A stretch of DNA of 64,000 nt from Brevinematales bacterium. GTDB lineage: Bacteria > Spirochaetota > Brevinematia > Brevinematales > GWF1-51-8. The number at the start of each line of letters is the position of its first letter. Position 1 is the first letter of the stretch. The DNA lies in NCBI GenBank assembly GCA_020059465.1, contig JAGVBZ010000025.1, positions 2,913-66,912 of the forward strand. The letters run 5' to 3'. The translations under genes and the position numbers were made by a program. Under the pieces are notes generated by a model. It had not been told where the DNA came from. It did no database searches and saw nothing but the letters and a program-made list of their open reading frames with translations. Below are positions 25,501 through 34,170 of this stretch, one piece after another.

Positions 25501-27959
25501 TTACGAATATCGGCGGGATCAGCGGATGGATCGTGATCTACCGTCCCGACGTAGTCATAAACGAATTGATGTTCGACCCTGTCGGCGCGAATACCGACGG
25601 GCAATGGGTCGAACTGTTCAACCGCGAGAACAAGTCCGTATACCTGAACGGATGGGCTATTCACGATTACGACGTCGCCTTCCCGATGTATAAAATTACG
25701 AACGTAATAATTCTGCCGTCCTCGAATTATATCGTGCTGTGGGACGGGGCGGGTGTGAACGACCTCGATTTCTCCGACGGGCGCGGTATCCTCTACGGGC
25801 AATGGGGCGCGGCGCAGCTTTCGACCGCGCAGGACGAGGTCGGACTTTACTGCTCTTCTACGATGGAAAACCAGTACACCCTGATGGACTTTGTCGCTTA
25901 CGGGGCGGACGCGGGTACCGACGACGACCTTGCTGTGACGGCGGGCATCTGGACATCAGGCGCGTTCGCGTCGACGGCGCTCTACACCGAGGGGTCGTCC
26001 CTCGTACTTCTTCCCGACGGCGACGATCATAATCTCGCCTCCGACTGGACGGTCGACCATACCCCCACCCCGAAATGGGGCAATAAATATATCATCGCGC
26101 AGAATATTTCCAATACCGTGCAGACCAACGGCGCGTATGCCGGGACGATTATGCTGGCGTTCCAAATCCGGCTCCCCGACCCCGAGAACGACGCGGCCGC
26201 ATCGGGCGACCGTCTATCCAATATCGTCATCTGCCTCGGCGGGAATATCACGACCAACGGTATCCTCGAAGCCAAGCTCTGGAACGGCAACGGCGCGGGA
26301 CAGTTCAACTACGGATACCGGAATAACTCGGCGACCAACAACCTGCTGATGGGAACCGGGACTTATTCCAACGCGGTCAACGGATACGTATTCAAGAACC
26401 TCGCGAACAATCTCATCGCCGATTCGGCGGCGGGCGGATATATGACGGTCTATTTCTCGCTGAAGCTCGCGACCAATATCACCGCAGGGCAGACGGTCAA
26501 ACCCTTCATCCTGCCGAACAGTATCAGGATGCAGTCCGTGCCGGGCGAGTTTATCGGCCCGAAGGACAAAGGACTGACGAATTCGCAGTCGATGCCGATA
26601 AAACCCGGGTACTTTATCGTGTACGAGTACAGCGACGCGAAATGGGCGGGCGTAAACAGCTATCTCTACGACTTTATCGAAATATATAATAATTCCGCGG
26701 CCGGAATTACCCCGTCGGGATGGAATATATCGACCGCGCAGGGGAACGACAACCTCGCCTTCTTCCGGGGGTCGACGTTCGCGGCGGGTAATATGCTCCT
26801 GATATGCGGCGGGATAACCACAGCGCAGACGTTCACCAACTTCTACGCGGAGAATCCCTCGTCGCCGATCATGGCTCCCGCCTCCGGCACGAAGATCGCC
26901 CTGAACGGACTTGCCGCCGCGGATACGCCGTTTATCCTGCGCGAGAACACCACCATAATCGCAATCATTAATTATACGAACAATATTACAACCGCGAGCA
27001 ATACGGTCGAAATGATCAACCCGTGGGGAGGCCAGACCGCCGCGAATTATCAGGCGTCGTCGTATATCCATGGGACGCCGGGGTATCTCAACGGATTCCG
27101 GGCGATCGAAATGAGTCTCGCGAACGTATCCAACTACAGTCTCGATATCAATACGACAAACAACCTCGTGCTCGATTTCTCTATCCCGAACAATAACGGC
27201 GCGGCGGATACGCTGCAGATGATCACGATTAAGAATAACGCGACCGCGGTCAATACGGACGTGTCGTTCAAACTGTGGAAAGAGGGCGCGAGCGCGGGAT
27301 ACAACGGCGACGAGACGCTGGTCGGGAGCCTCACCTATCAGGGTTCCGGCCGATGGCAATGGAGCGGATCGACATCCATCCCGAATACGGGCGCGGTCAA
27401 GAAATGGAAATTCTATATTACAGCGGATGTGGCTCCGACGGTTCTGGACGGGAACATGGTCAAGCTCGGTGTGGAGGGGCTATCCCCGCCGGCGCCCGGC
27501 CCGTATACCGATAGTTTCACGATGGGCATCAAAGTTGCGAGCTGGAACGACGGCCCTGTCGACGGCGCTGTCTCAAATATATCGTACCAGATATGCGGCG
27601 TACCGTTCCTGACCCTTTCCAAAACGGTGCAGAGCGTTCAGGTAATGAATACCAACCTCGCACTGCCGGGGTCGCTCATCCTGTACAAGCTCGAGTATTC
27701 CAGCCTATCGAACGGACGGGCGTATCAGGTCGCGCTGTACGATAAAATTCCCGCTAACACCAAGTACTACACCAACTACGCGGGAACCGCCGCGGGATGG
27801 ACGGTGCAGTTCTCGCAGTTGGCAAATCCCGACCAGAGCTATAACTCATCCGACTATAACACAAATCCCACGAACGCGCTCTGGATACGCTGGAAAAAAG
27901 GGCTAGTATACCCGAACGAGGATAACCGGACGCTTTATTTAGGAGTAACATTAAACTAA
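22587..27959 (+). CDS. Giant secreted surface protein (1790 aa) with two lamin-tail-like domains, an FN3-like module and a C-terminal DUF11-type domain
   Basis: TTG start and a signal peptide ending ASA-V. LTD signatures are VVINELMFDPVGANTDGQWVELFNRENKSVYLNGWAI (about 25545) and DFIEIYNNSAAGITPSGWNIS (about 26670). The FN3-like segment is PPPKPVLTFPVNG...YYWSVRANDG. The DUF11-like end is LTLSKTV...PGSLILYKLEYSSLSNGRAYQVALYDKIPANTKY. Confidence 0.85.
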   Translation: MQLRKLLLAFFVVTGTVSLASAVCMKGAYNSWTSVNFTTTYSPPGYCRNVITGVSQGNTFIVGAGINDDYTTKYCGGYWVPGSANMNAVWSLPVGGADAAFDGANYSQVKTYIIFVSSTVANGNFGIMTVSGNPINISAVSAGTVYPQSNTIVNLTLSGAKCAEEIVYIRYSTNNWTSSAFVQATGGGTAYTAVVPGMPGGTIVRYYALTTSASSGNLAANPDLLAISVNNNSGANYSFTVPKTTWHTVKIDGINDFYTNECFPTTSAGSGYTNWITWDNSYLYIGYKGADIANDPLGAGVLVIYISTNTNTGSAYGVLYNTQKPVLPFRADYVFNFVNDYTWNSAVWNGTAWNWNSPFTVITGTDLNRNSTYLEFRISKSDLKNPANLDIYLQFVKKTVGFEWTHGAVPYNTLTDGYKSNPSNYISFKTNIWKISKQPYQSAYKTFDPIPPYQNILRYPVNNQTVYSNYSLTMTNTAQDKIGIYKVEFYTNYNGLYGTVYVTNYNSNYTKTIPPNILKPGTNHFYTIAYDTRNKLYSATNTVVVKVNSPPPKPVLTFPVNGDMNFYLLKPRFKWYIGADPDGQVISNYQIIVSINSTLTPQYFNHTFVSTSSNFLTIFTNYLQNNTTYYWSVRANDGIIWGPWSTTNYFRVNPAYIKLDGSLSEWNTSIGGVNTDFISNGQWIWNDKTNDAVVSGDALPYDHLDMLKFGVTADKNCLFFMFTVPDLSDDVTYDSPRPYISVSIDTNLVTGSGNNQTVESEVGTPAAARWELEIIANVDGTGYYTVSGSTTNFHECGENWITHSAHPGLGEIAIPWDEMGFKSIPQKLNIIVNTGRVVDGLGNYHLQPISGAPNFLDCVSTNDPASAEFSDGVNNIYMNICFNTNGCIIETSFKVTCPTNALAGMPFPVVVKALAPLGGKVYDFNRAIVSALLFGGTAYVVSNTAWKQGVSTNYVVINYLGSNKIVIRDQQFTNIGGISGWIVIYRPDVVINELMFDPVGANTDGQWVELFNRENKSVYLNGWAIHDYDVAFPMYKITNVIILPSSNYIVLWDGAGVNDLDFSDGRGILYGQWGAAQLSTAQDEVGLYCSSTMENQYTLMDFVAYGADAGTDDDLAVTAGIWTSGAFASTALYTEGSSLVLLPDGDDHNLASDWTVDHTPTPKWGNKYIIAQNISNTVQTNGAYAGTIMLAFQIRLPDPENDAAASGDRLSNIVICLGGNITTNGILEAKLWNGNGAGQFNYGYRNNSATNNLLMGTGTYSNAVNGYVFKNLANNLIADSAAGGYMTVYFSLKLATNITAGQTVKPFILPNSIRMQSVPGEFIGPKDKGLTNSQSMPIKPGYFIVYEYSDAKWAGVNSYLYDFIEIYNNSAAGITPSGWNISTAQGNDNLAFFRGSTFAAGNMLLICGGITTAQTFTNFYAENPSSPIMAPASGTKIALNGLAAADTPFILRENTTIIAIINYTNNITTASNTVEMINPWGGQTAANYQASSYIHGTPGYLNGFRAIEMSLANVSNYSLDINTTNNLVLDFSIPNNNGAADTLQMITIKNNATAVNTDVSFKLWKEGASAGYNGDETLVGSLTYQGSGRWQWSGSTSIPNTGAVKKWKFYITADVAPTVLDGNMVKLGVEGLSPPAPGPYTDSFTMGIKVASWNDGPVDGAVSNISYQICGVPFLTLSKTVQSVQVMNTNLALPGSLILYKLEYSSLSNGRAYQVALYDKIPANTKYYTNYAGTAAGWTVQFSQLANPDQSYNSSDYNTNPTNALWIRWKKGLVYPNEDNRTLYLGVTLN

Positions 27960-27970
27960 GGATGGAATAA

Positions 27971-29446
27971 ATGAAATTACTCAGGACATGCATGCTGATG
28001 ATTTTACCCGCGCTCATTTTTGTCAACGCTTACGGCGCGATCAAAATCCAGTCCGTGATGCTGAATCAGCCCGATGCAAAAAATCTAATCGACGGCGATA
28101 AAAATACGCTTACAAAATTCAAGCCCGGCGAGAATATCCTCACGCTCCAGATGGGCGCGTTGAAGGATATCGGAGCGATCAAAATATTTTTACAGAAGGT
28201 AACCGAGTTTAAGAATTTCAAACTTTTTATATCCGACGATTTTATTTCCTGGTCAACTGTCGCGGAGTATAAGAATATCAAAAGCGATCTGATCGACGTC
28301 AAGGCTGAAAACATTTCCGCGATGTTCGTGAAAATCGTACTCGAGTCCGGGTCGGAATACGCCGTCCGGGAAATCGAGTGCTATGAGAAAGCGTCGGGGA
28401 AGAACGAAATAACCGATGTGAAAGTTTCCGGGGTTTCAGAAAGTTCCGCGGTCATCACATGGAAAACGAAGATCAAATCGCAGGACCATTTCCATTACCA
28501 GAAAAAGTATAACGGGAGTAAAGAGACGCTGATCGAGGTGAATTATATCACCAATCATTCGGTATCCCTGCAGGGGCTTGTGAAGGGCTCGGACTATAAC
28601 TTCGTGATAGTGAGCGAATCCCCCGACGGCACCCGTATCGAGAGCAAACAGTACGGATTCAAGACCCTCGGCATCCCTCTGCCGGAGTTCTGGCAGTTGA
28701 CCGCGAAAAATATTACCCCGTTCACCGCGAAGCTCTTCTATGAGTCGAATGTACCCGTCTCGTACGAGATCTTTTTCGGTCAGTCCCCCGACGGGATGAA
28801 AAAGCTTAAGGAAGACAAAGGACTTGCGGCATCGCGGGATATCGATATCACTGGGTTACAGCAGGAGACGGCCTATTATTATCAGCTTTACCTGAGGGAC
28901 GCGCAGGGCAACGTCATCAAAACCCCGCCGCTGAGCTTTGTCACCCCGCCGGACAATATCGCGCTCGGTAAAAAAGTATGGGGCACGTTCAATTACGTCG
29001 ATCCGACTATCAAGGAACTCGGCTACGGCGAGACGTCGATCGACAAACTCACCGACGGGAGCCTGAACTACTTCGGCGGGATGGCGATCTCGTTCAACGC
29101 GGACAATTCCGACCAGTACGCGGTGATCGACCTCGGCAGTATATCCGCGATCAAACGGCTGGATATCTACTGGTGGGCGTTATCGTTCAGTAAGGACTAC
29201 CGGATCGACGTGAGTATCGACGGGAAGTCGTGGAAAACGCTGAAAGAGCATCTGGACGCATCGCAGGGCTCGGATATGCGCTCCCCGATGGGCGACTATA
29301 TCGTCCTGCACTCCGTCCCGCTTGACACGGCCGCGCGGTTTGTCAGAGTATATATCACGGCGAAAGCGCCCCGGGGAACACGGGAGAAAAAATGGCAGCC
29401 GTGGAAGAACCTGTTTATATGTGAGATTGCGGTAATTGCAAAATAA
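27971..29446 (+). CDS. Secreted protein: discoidin (F5/8 type C) domain, two FN3 modules, second discoidin domain
   Basis: Signal peptide. The first discoidin-like domain ends VREIECYE. FN3-like segments include SAVITWKTKIKSQ and ETAYYYQLYLRDAQGN. The second discoidin-like domain includes IDLGSISAIKRLDIYWW and ends ICEIAVIAK. Confidence 0.8.
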   Translation: MKLLRTCMLMILPALIFVNAYGAIKIQSVMLNQPDAKNLIDGDKNTLTKFKPGENILTLQMGALKDIGAIKIFLQKVTEFKNFKLFISDDFISWSTVAEYKNIKSDLIDVKAENISAMFVKIVLESGSEYAVREIECYEKASGKNEITDVKVSGVSESSAVITWKTKIKSQDHFHYQKKYNGSKETLIEVNYITNHSVSLQGLVKGSDYNFVIVSESPDGTRIESKQYGFKTLGIPLPEFWQLTAKNITPFTAKLFYESNVPVSYEIFFGQSPDGMKKLKEDKGLAASRDIDITGLQQETAYYYQLYLRDAQGNVIKTPPLSFVTPPDNIALGKKVWGTFNYVDPTIKELGYGETSIDKLTDGSLNYFGGMAISFNADNSDQYAVIDLGSISAIKRLDIYWWALSFSKDYRIDVSIDGKSWKTLKEHLDASQGSDMRSPMGDYIVLHSVPLDTAARFVRVYITAKAPRGTREKKWQPWKNLFICEIAVIAK

Positions 29447-29479
29447 AACCGCCTCTAAGGTGCGGTAAAGAATATTTCA

Positions 29480-29574
29480 GTCATTGCGAGGCATGAAGTG
29501 ACGAAGCAGTCGAATGAATTACTGAAAACGATAAGGATTGCTTCACGAATCCTGACGGATTCATTCGCAATGAC
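29480..29574. repeat. ~95-nt palindromic element built from two inverted copies of the GTCATTGCGA...GAAGCA(G/A)TC repeat
   Basis: The + strand copy is 29480-29511 (GTCATTGCGAGGCATGAAGTGACGAAGCAGTC). The inverted copy is 29535-29574, whose reverse complement is GTCATTGCGAATGAATCCGTCAGGATTCGTGAAGCAATCC. Confidence 0.75.
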
Positions 29575-29630
29575 AAAGAATGGCATGAGATTAAGGTAAC
29601 AGCAAAATAAACTGTTTTTAGGAGGATAGT

Positions 29631-30686
29631 ATGAAAATCAGAAGAAGCCTGGTATCGCTAGCCCTGCTGACGGGCGCGATCACTGCTGTGCTGGTGATGT
29701 CGCCGTTCGGCGGACGCAGCGCGGAAGCCGCGCCTACCCCGGCGGGCACACCGATCACCAACACCGCCACCATGACATGGGGCGGAGGTATGTCCACCAA
29801 CGTGGCTACCACTATGCCGCGCGTCGGTACCAACTATGGGGGAACATGGTCGGGTAACAACAGTACGAATGTCGCACCCGGTACGCATTCGTACAACAAG
29901 ACCTCGTTCGTAAACGACGGAAACCTTGCGGTCAACTTTCAGTTCAGCGCGGGTGAATTTCATTCCGCCGCGCAGTGGGGTTCATGGTTCTATGAATACA
30001 CCAATACCGCCACTACCGCTCACGGTTTGCCTCTTACGGTAAGCATGTCGCCTCAGGCTGTGGTCACCACCCTTTGGTTCCATGTGTATGTGCCGGGCGC
30101 CGAAATCGACTCGTCCTACGCCCAGTTCAAATGTGTAGCCACCGGGCCGAACACCACCGCTATTGCCACGAACTATACGGGCTACAACGCTCTGCGCTAC
30201 GGCGGAAATATGGGGAAATGGGCCGCCGGCTTCGGTAAGGTTATCCTGACGAACACTACGGGTTCGGGCAACACGAACTGGAGAGTAACCGTACAGGCGG
30301 CCGTCATGGCGCTGACCAAGTATTTGATCATTTCGAACGCCGGGCCTTTCGCCACGGATACCACACGCCCGTTCCCCGGCGGCATCCTGATCTGGCGCCT
30401 GAATTATTCCAACGGCGGATCGGTTCCCGCGACAAGCGTTAAGATTGTCGACGTGTTCAACACGAACTTTGTGACGCTGAATATTAACAGTCTGAAGTCC
30501 AACACCTGGGGTTCGCCCTATCCGTGGGCCGCGGCCGCGTTTACAACCAACGCCGTAGGAGACCCGGGTGCGTCCACCAACGGCGCCAGCGTGATCTTCG
30601 CCCCGTTCACCACCACTCCGCTTAACGGCAGTACGGTCGGGGCCGGCGGTAAAGGCGCGTTTTACTACGTGAACTACGTGAAGTAA
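29631..30686 (+). CDS. Secreted DUF11-like protein (possible abundant structural subunit)
   Basis: AGGAGG at 29620-25, 5 nt before the ATG. The signal peptide ends AEA-A and is followed by PTPAGTPITNTATMTW. Composition is T/N/G/A-rich and visibly GC-richer than neighbours. Confidence 0.65.
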   Translation: MKIRRSLVSLALLTGAITAVLVMSPFGGRSAEAAPTPAGTPITNTATMTWGGGMSTNVATTMPRVGTNYGGTWSGNNSTNVAPGTHSYNKTSFVNDGNLAVNFQFSAGEFHSAAQWGSWFYEYTNTATTAHGLPLTVSMSPQAVVTTLWFHVYVPGAEIDSSYAQFKCVATGPNTTAIATNYTGYNALRYGGNMGKWAAGFGKVILTNTTGSGNTNWRVTVQAAVMALTKYLIISNAGPFATDTTRPFPGGILIWRLNYSNGGSVPATSVKIVDVFNTNFVTLNINSLKSNTWGSPYPWAAAAFTTNAVGDPGASTNGASVIFAPFTTTPLNGSTVGAGGKGAFYYVNYVK

Positions 30687-30779
30687 CACTGTTTAACGGA
30701 TTACGATATTAAGGCTTGACAAAATAGATGGGGCCGCCCCGAAGGCGGGCGGTTCCAGACTATTTAATGAGGTTGAAAT

Positions 30780-31784
30780 ATGAAATTTTTAGGGCTTATA
30801 CTATTTTTTCTCCCTGTGTTATGCTGGAGCAGTGTTCTATTAAAATATCAGGACGGGTGGTCTGCCGTATTGCGGCTTGACAATATGAAATCGTTATCCA
30901 AGCCCGTCGTATTCATCATCTATCATAAATCCATGACCAATTCCGCAATGATGATCGGCGATTCGCCGGAACATACGGTTCCGCTGACCCTGCCCGCCGG
31001 GGAGTGCGCCTATCAGGTGAAGGACGCGAATAAAAAAATTATCGAGCAGGGAAAACTATCCCTGAGCCTCCCGGTCGACGTAAAAATAAAATCCGTAGAA
31101 CCGAAAAAGGTCACTTTCAGCCTCTCGTCCGCGCAGGACATATTTGTCGAATGCTATCTGACGACCAATAATACGATCGCGCACTACCAGAGAATCGAGT
31201 TGAAAAAGCAGGGCGAGGCCGTGTTCTCCGGGTTGGCGTCCGGGACGGAATTTAAGGCCGAATTCAAGGTCAAGGATACCGCCTTCTCGAAATCGTTCAC
31301 TACCCCGCTTTTCAACGCCGCCCTCCATAAGCCGGTCTCCGGTACATTCAACCGTCTCCCGGAAAGCAAATTTGTCGACGATTCCACCCCCGCTATCACG
31401 AGGGTCAACGACGGGCTAGTGGAATGGTATAAGGGGATGGCGGTCAGCACGGAAGTGGGAATGGAAGCCCAGTATGTGATTATTAACCTTCTCGGCACGC
31501 ATCACCTGAAGAGCATGAAGGTCACATGGAACGCCAATTACTACCCGTTATCCTATTATATCATGTACAGCATGGACGGGGTGAAATGGGATTATTTCGA
31601 GCGGAAGGAGAAGGATTATCAGGCTTCCGCCGCGCCGGATAATTCTCCCATCAGGGTGGATGAATTCCCGGTATCGTTCGACGCGGGTTATATCGGGGTA
31701 TGGATCGATAAAAACGCCGCAATCCACGCACATCAGGATTATAAGAATTACTTACAATTAATGGAGATAGAGGCCTATGAATAG
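30780..31784 (+). CDS. Secreted protein with C-terminal discoidin (F5/8 type C) domain
   Basis: Signal peptide. The C-terminal half reads NAALHKPVSGTF...VIINLLGTHHLKSMKVTWN...LMEIEAYE. Confidence 0.7.
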   Translation: MKFLGLILFFLPVLCWSSVLLKYQDGWSAVLRLDNMKSLSKPVVFIIYHKSMTNSAMMIGDSPEHTVPLTLPAGECAYQVKDANKKIIEQGKLSLSLPVDVKIKSVEPKKVTFSLSSAQDIFVECYLTTNNTIAHYQRIELKKQGEAVFSGLASGTEFKAEFKVKDTAFSKSFTTPLFNAALHKPVSGTFNRLPESKFVDDSTPAITRVNDGLVEWYKGMAVSTEVGMEAQYVIINLLGTHHLKSMKVTWNANYYPLSYYIMYSMDGVKWDYFERKEKDYQASAAPDNSPIRVDEFPVSFDAGYIGVWIDKNAAIHAHQDYKNYLQLMEIEAYE

Positions 31785-33009
31785 GCTCGCGCTGATACTT
31801 CTGCTTGTCGTCTGCACCTGCACGCTGTCTCACGGGGCCGCCGGAACCCCTTCGGGAACTGTCCTCTCCAACATCTCCCGGATGGACTTCTATTACTGGG
31901 GTATCCCTTTCACGAATTATATTATGGATACGTCGCTGACAATGGGCAGTATCTACGGTATAGACGGAATCTATTCCCTCCCCGCGTATAACGGCTACCC
32001 GAATTATTCCGTGCGTATCGACCTGTATATGACCAACCTCGGGAACGACGCGGATAACGACGCCGATTTATTCGTCTCATCGTTCTCGAACTCCCCCGGC
32101 TATACGGCATCGCCGTGGAGTTACCATTTCGAGGTATTGTCGGTCAATGTCGGAACGAATTACTCGATCCCGTTCGCGCTTTTCGGGGTGGGCGCGGTAT
32201 TCCACGCGGTACTTGTGGTGGATATCCCCGCCGACGCCCCGACCAACTCGATGGGGTATTTCACTATCGGCGGTACGACGCTCAGCAACTCGAACCATGT
32301 GGCGGGAACATACACCGGATACAACGGGCTACCGTACGGCGGTAAGACACAGGCCGGAACGATGTTCACCGTGCGGGTGATCCCGCCGAACCGGATTGTC
32401 GACCTCTACGCGAGCGACGCGATCGATACGATCCGCCTTTTCGACGGGACTCTGTACCTGCGGAAGATCGAGAATTTTATATACGCACTGCTGAGGAATA
32501 CACCTGTCCGCGCGACCACGGTCAACCTGTGGTACGCGGTCGACAGTCTCCCGGACGGCCCGGGCGGGAATCCGGACGACGCGAGCGTACCGATGATCGA
32601 AATCTCGCAGAACCTGTATCAGGCGAAGATTCCCGAGAGCGCGGTCAAGTCCGGCAACTTCACGGCGTTTTTCCTCGAGATCGACGGGCTGAACTATATC
32701 ACGAACTTCACTTATCTATTGAAGGGCGTATACGAACAGGGTTATGAGACGATTGTGATGAATAATATTATCCCGCCGGGCTCGGCATATATCAAACTCC
32801 CCGACAAGACGCTCGGCAAACCGGGCAAGATTACCGTATACTCGATAGCGGGCGATATCGTACGCCACATATTCGACGGCGATATCGGGAATACGTTGTA
32901 CGGATGGGACGGTACCGACGATCAGGGCTTCATGGCGCAGACAGGGATATACTTCATCGTCGTCGATATCGAGAATCTGAAAGAAGTACGTAAAATTATG
33001 GTGAAATAG
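31777..33009 (+). CDS. Secreted protein with FlgD-Ig / T9SS-type C-terminal domain
   Basis: Overlaps the upstream gene by 8 nt. The signal peptide is followed by AAGTPSGTVLSNISRM. The C-terminus ITVYSIAGDIVRHIFDG...GWDGTDDQGFMAQTGIYFIVVDIENLKEVRKIMVK matches the FlgD_ig/CTD pattern. Confidence 0.7.
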   Translation: MNRLALILLLVVCTCTLSHGAAGTPSGTVLSNISRMDFYYWGIPFTNYIMDTSLTMGSIYGIDGIYSLPAYNGYPNYSVRIDLYMTNLGNDADNDADLFVSSFSNSPGYTASPWSYHFEVLSVNVGTNYSIPFALFGVGAVFHAVLVVDIPADAPTNSMGYFTIGGTTLSNSNHVAGTYTGYNGLPYGGKTQAGTMFTVRVIPPNRIVDLYASDAIDTIRLFDGTLYLRKIENFIYALLRNTPVRATTVNLWYAVDSLPDGPGGNPDDASVPMIEISQNLYQAKIPESAVKSGNFTAFFLEIDGLNYITNFTYLLKGVYEQGYETIVMNNIIPPGSAYIKLPDKTLGKPGKITVYSIAGDIVRHIFDGDIGNTLYGWDGTDDQGFMAQTGIYFIVVDIENLKEVRKIMVK

Positions 33010-33018
33010 GAGAACGGT

Positions 33019-34170
33019 TTGAACCGGAACCTGAGACCGCGAGCCGCCGGATTAATCCTGAGCCTGACATTTGTCTTCATTACTCTATCATATCCGCTGA
33101 CATCGGAATCGGACTTCCTGAAGATTCCGAAGAGCGCCCGCGCTATCGGCCTCGGCGACAGCTATACGTCCATTATCGGCGACACCACCGCGATCGAGTA
33201 CAATCCCGCCGCGATGAATACGATCGATAATCTCGCGCTGTCGTTCATGTACCAGTCGTGGATCGATAACGCTTATGCGTGCTATTTCTCCGGCGCGATG
33301 AAGATATACGACTTCGTGATCGGTACGAGCCTGTACTATGTGGATTACGGCGGGTTCAGCCATTACGACTCCTACGGGATGCTCCTGTCGGAGTATCAGC
33401 CCCACGATATCTGCTGGAAGGCCGCGATATCGATGGACGGCGGACTGCTGTTCGATTTCCTGACCGGGTTCTCGGTCGGTATAGGCGCGGGAGTGATCGG
33501 CAGGGGATTGGCGGACTTCGGGACATGGGGACTCACCGTCGATCTGGGGATCAATTACACGTTCACCCTCCAGCGGCTGGGATTCAAGTATGACGGCGAA
33601 TTATTCAGGATGCCGATCAACGCCGGATTCGCTATCCAGAACATCGGGTTTACCGGGGATTCGACCGCGCCCCTCAAGGGGACGCTCGGCATATCCGCCG
33701 GACTGGCGAAGGGACTGTACCTGTCGATGGATGTCGCGATCGAGTACGGCCGCCCGTTCCTGTATAAAATGGGTATCGAATACACTCTCTTCAATATATT
33801 AATACTGCGTACCGGGTTCAATCTCGGAAGGGACACCGGTAATCTCGCGTTCGGCCTCGGCCTGCGCTATCCGGAGTACTTCAACGACCTCCGGCTGGAT
33901 TACGCATTCTCGTATCTGGATACCCTCGGGAATAACCATAACTTCTCGGTGTATGTCGATTTTCCCGTTTTCGTCGACCATGTATCGCAGTACTATCAGC
34001 AGGGAATCTATCATTATCTTCATGGCGACTATGAGCTTGCGAAGGAGAAATGGCTAAAGGCGCTCGCTATTGATCCCGAAAATAAACTGGTACAGAAGAA
34101 GCTCCACGATCTGGAAAAACTGATGAAGCTCAATCAAATGATCGAGAATGAAAAAGGGATGTCGAAATGA
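33019..34170 (+). CDS. PorV/PorQ-family-like outer-membrane beta-barrel with C-terminal TPR motif
   Basis: TTG start. FLKIPKSARAIGLGDSYTSIIGDTTAIEYNPAAM matches the conserved PorV/PorQ N-terminal motif. Alternating G/aromatic strands follow. The tail YYQQGIYHYLHGDYELAKEKWLKALAIDPEN is a TPR unit. Confidence 0.7.
   Translation: MNRNLRPRAAGLILSLTFVFITLSYPLTSESDFLKIPKSARAIGLGDSYTSIIGDTTAIEYNPAAMNTIDNLALSFMYQSWIDNAYACYFSGAMKIYDFVIGTSLYYVDYGGFSHYDSYGMLLSEYQPHDICWKAAISMDGGLLFDFLTGFSVGIGAGVIGRGLADFGTWGLTVDLGINYTFTLQRLGFKYDGELFRMPINAGFAIQNIGFTGDSTAPLKGTLGISAGLAKGLYLSMDVAIEYGRPFLYKMGIEYTLFNILILRTGFNLGRDTGNLAFGLGLRYPEYFNDLRLDYAFSYLDTLGNNHNFSVYVDFPVFVDHVSQYYQQGIYHYLHGDYELAKEKWLKALAIDPENKLVQKKLHDLEKLMKLNQMIENEKGMSK

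Noticed and set aside
24072-27359. 349-aa and 381-aa ORFs on the - strand (24072-25121, 26214-27359)
   Set aside because: Both lie inside, and antisense to, the 1790-aa gene. Their translations are Arg/Gly/Asp-rich low-information sequence, whereas the sense frame has signal-peptide, LTD and DUF11 motifs.
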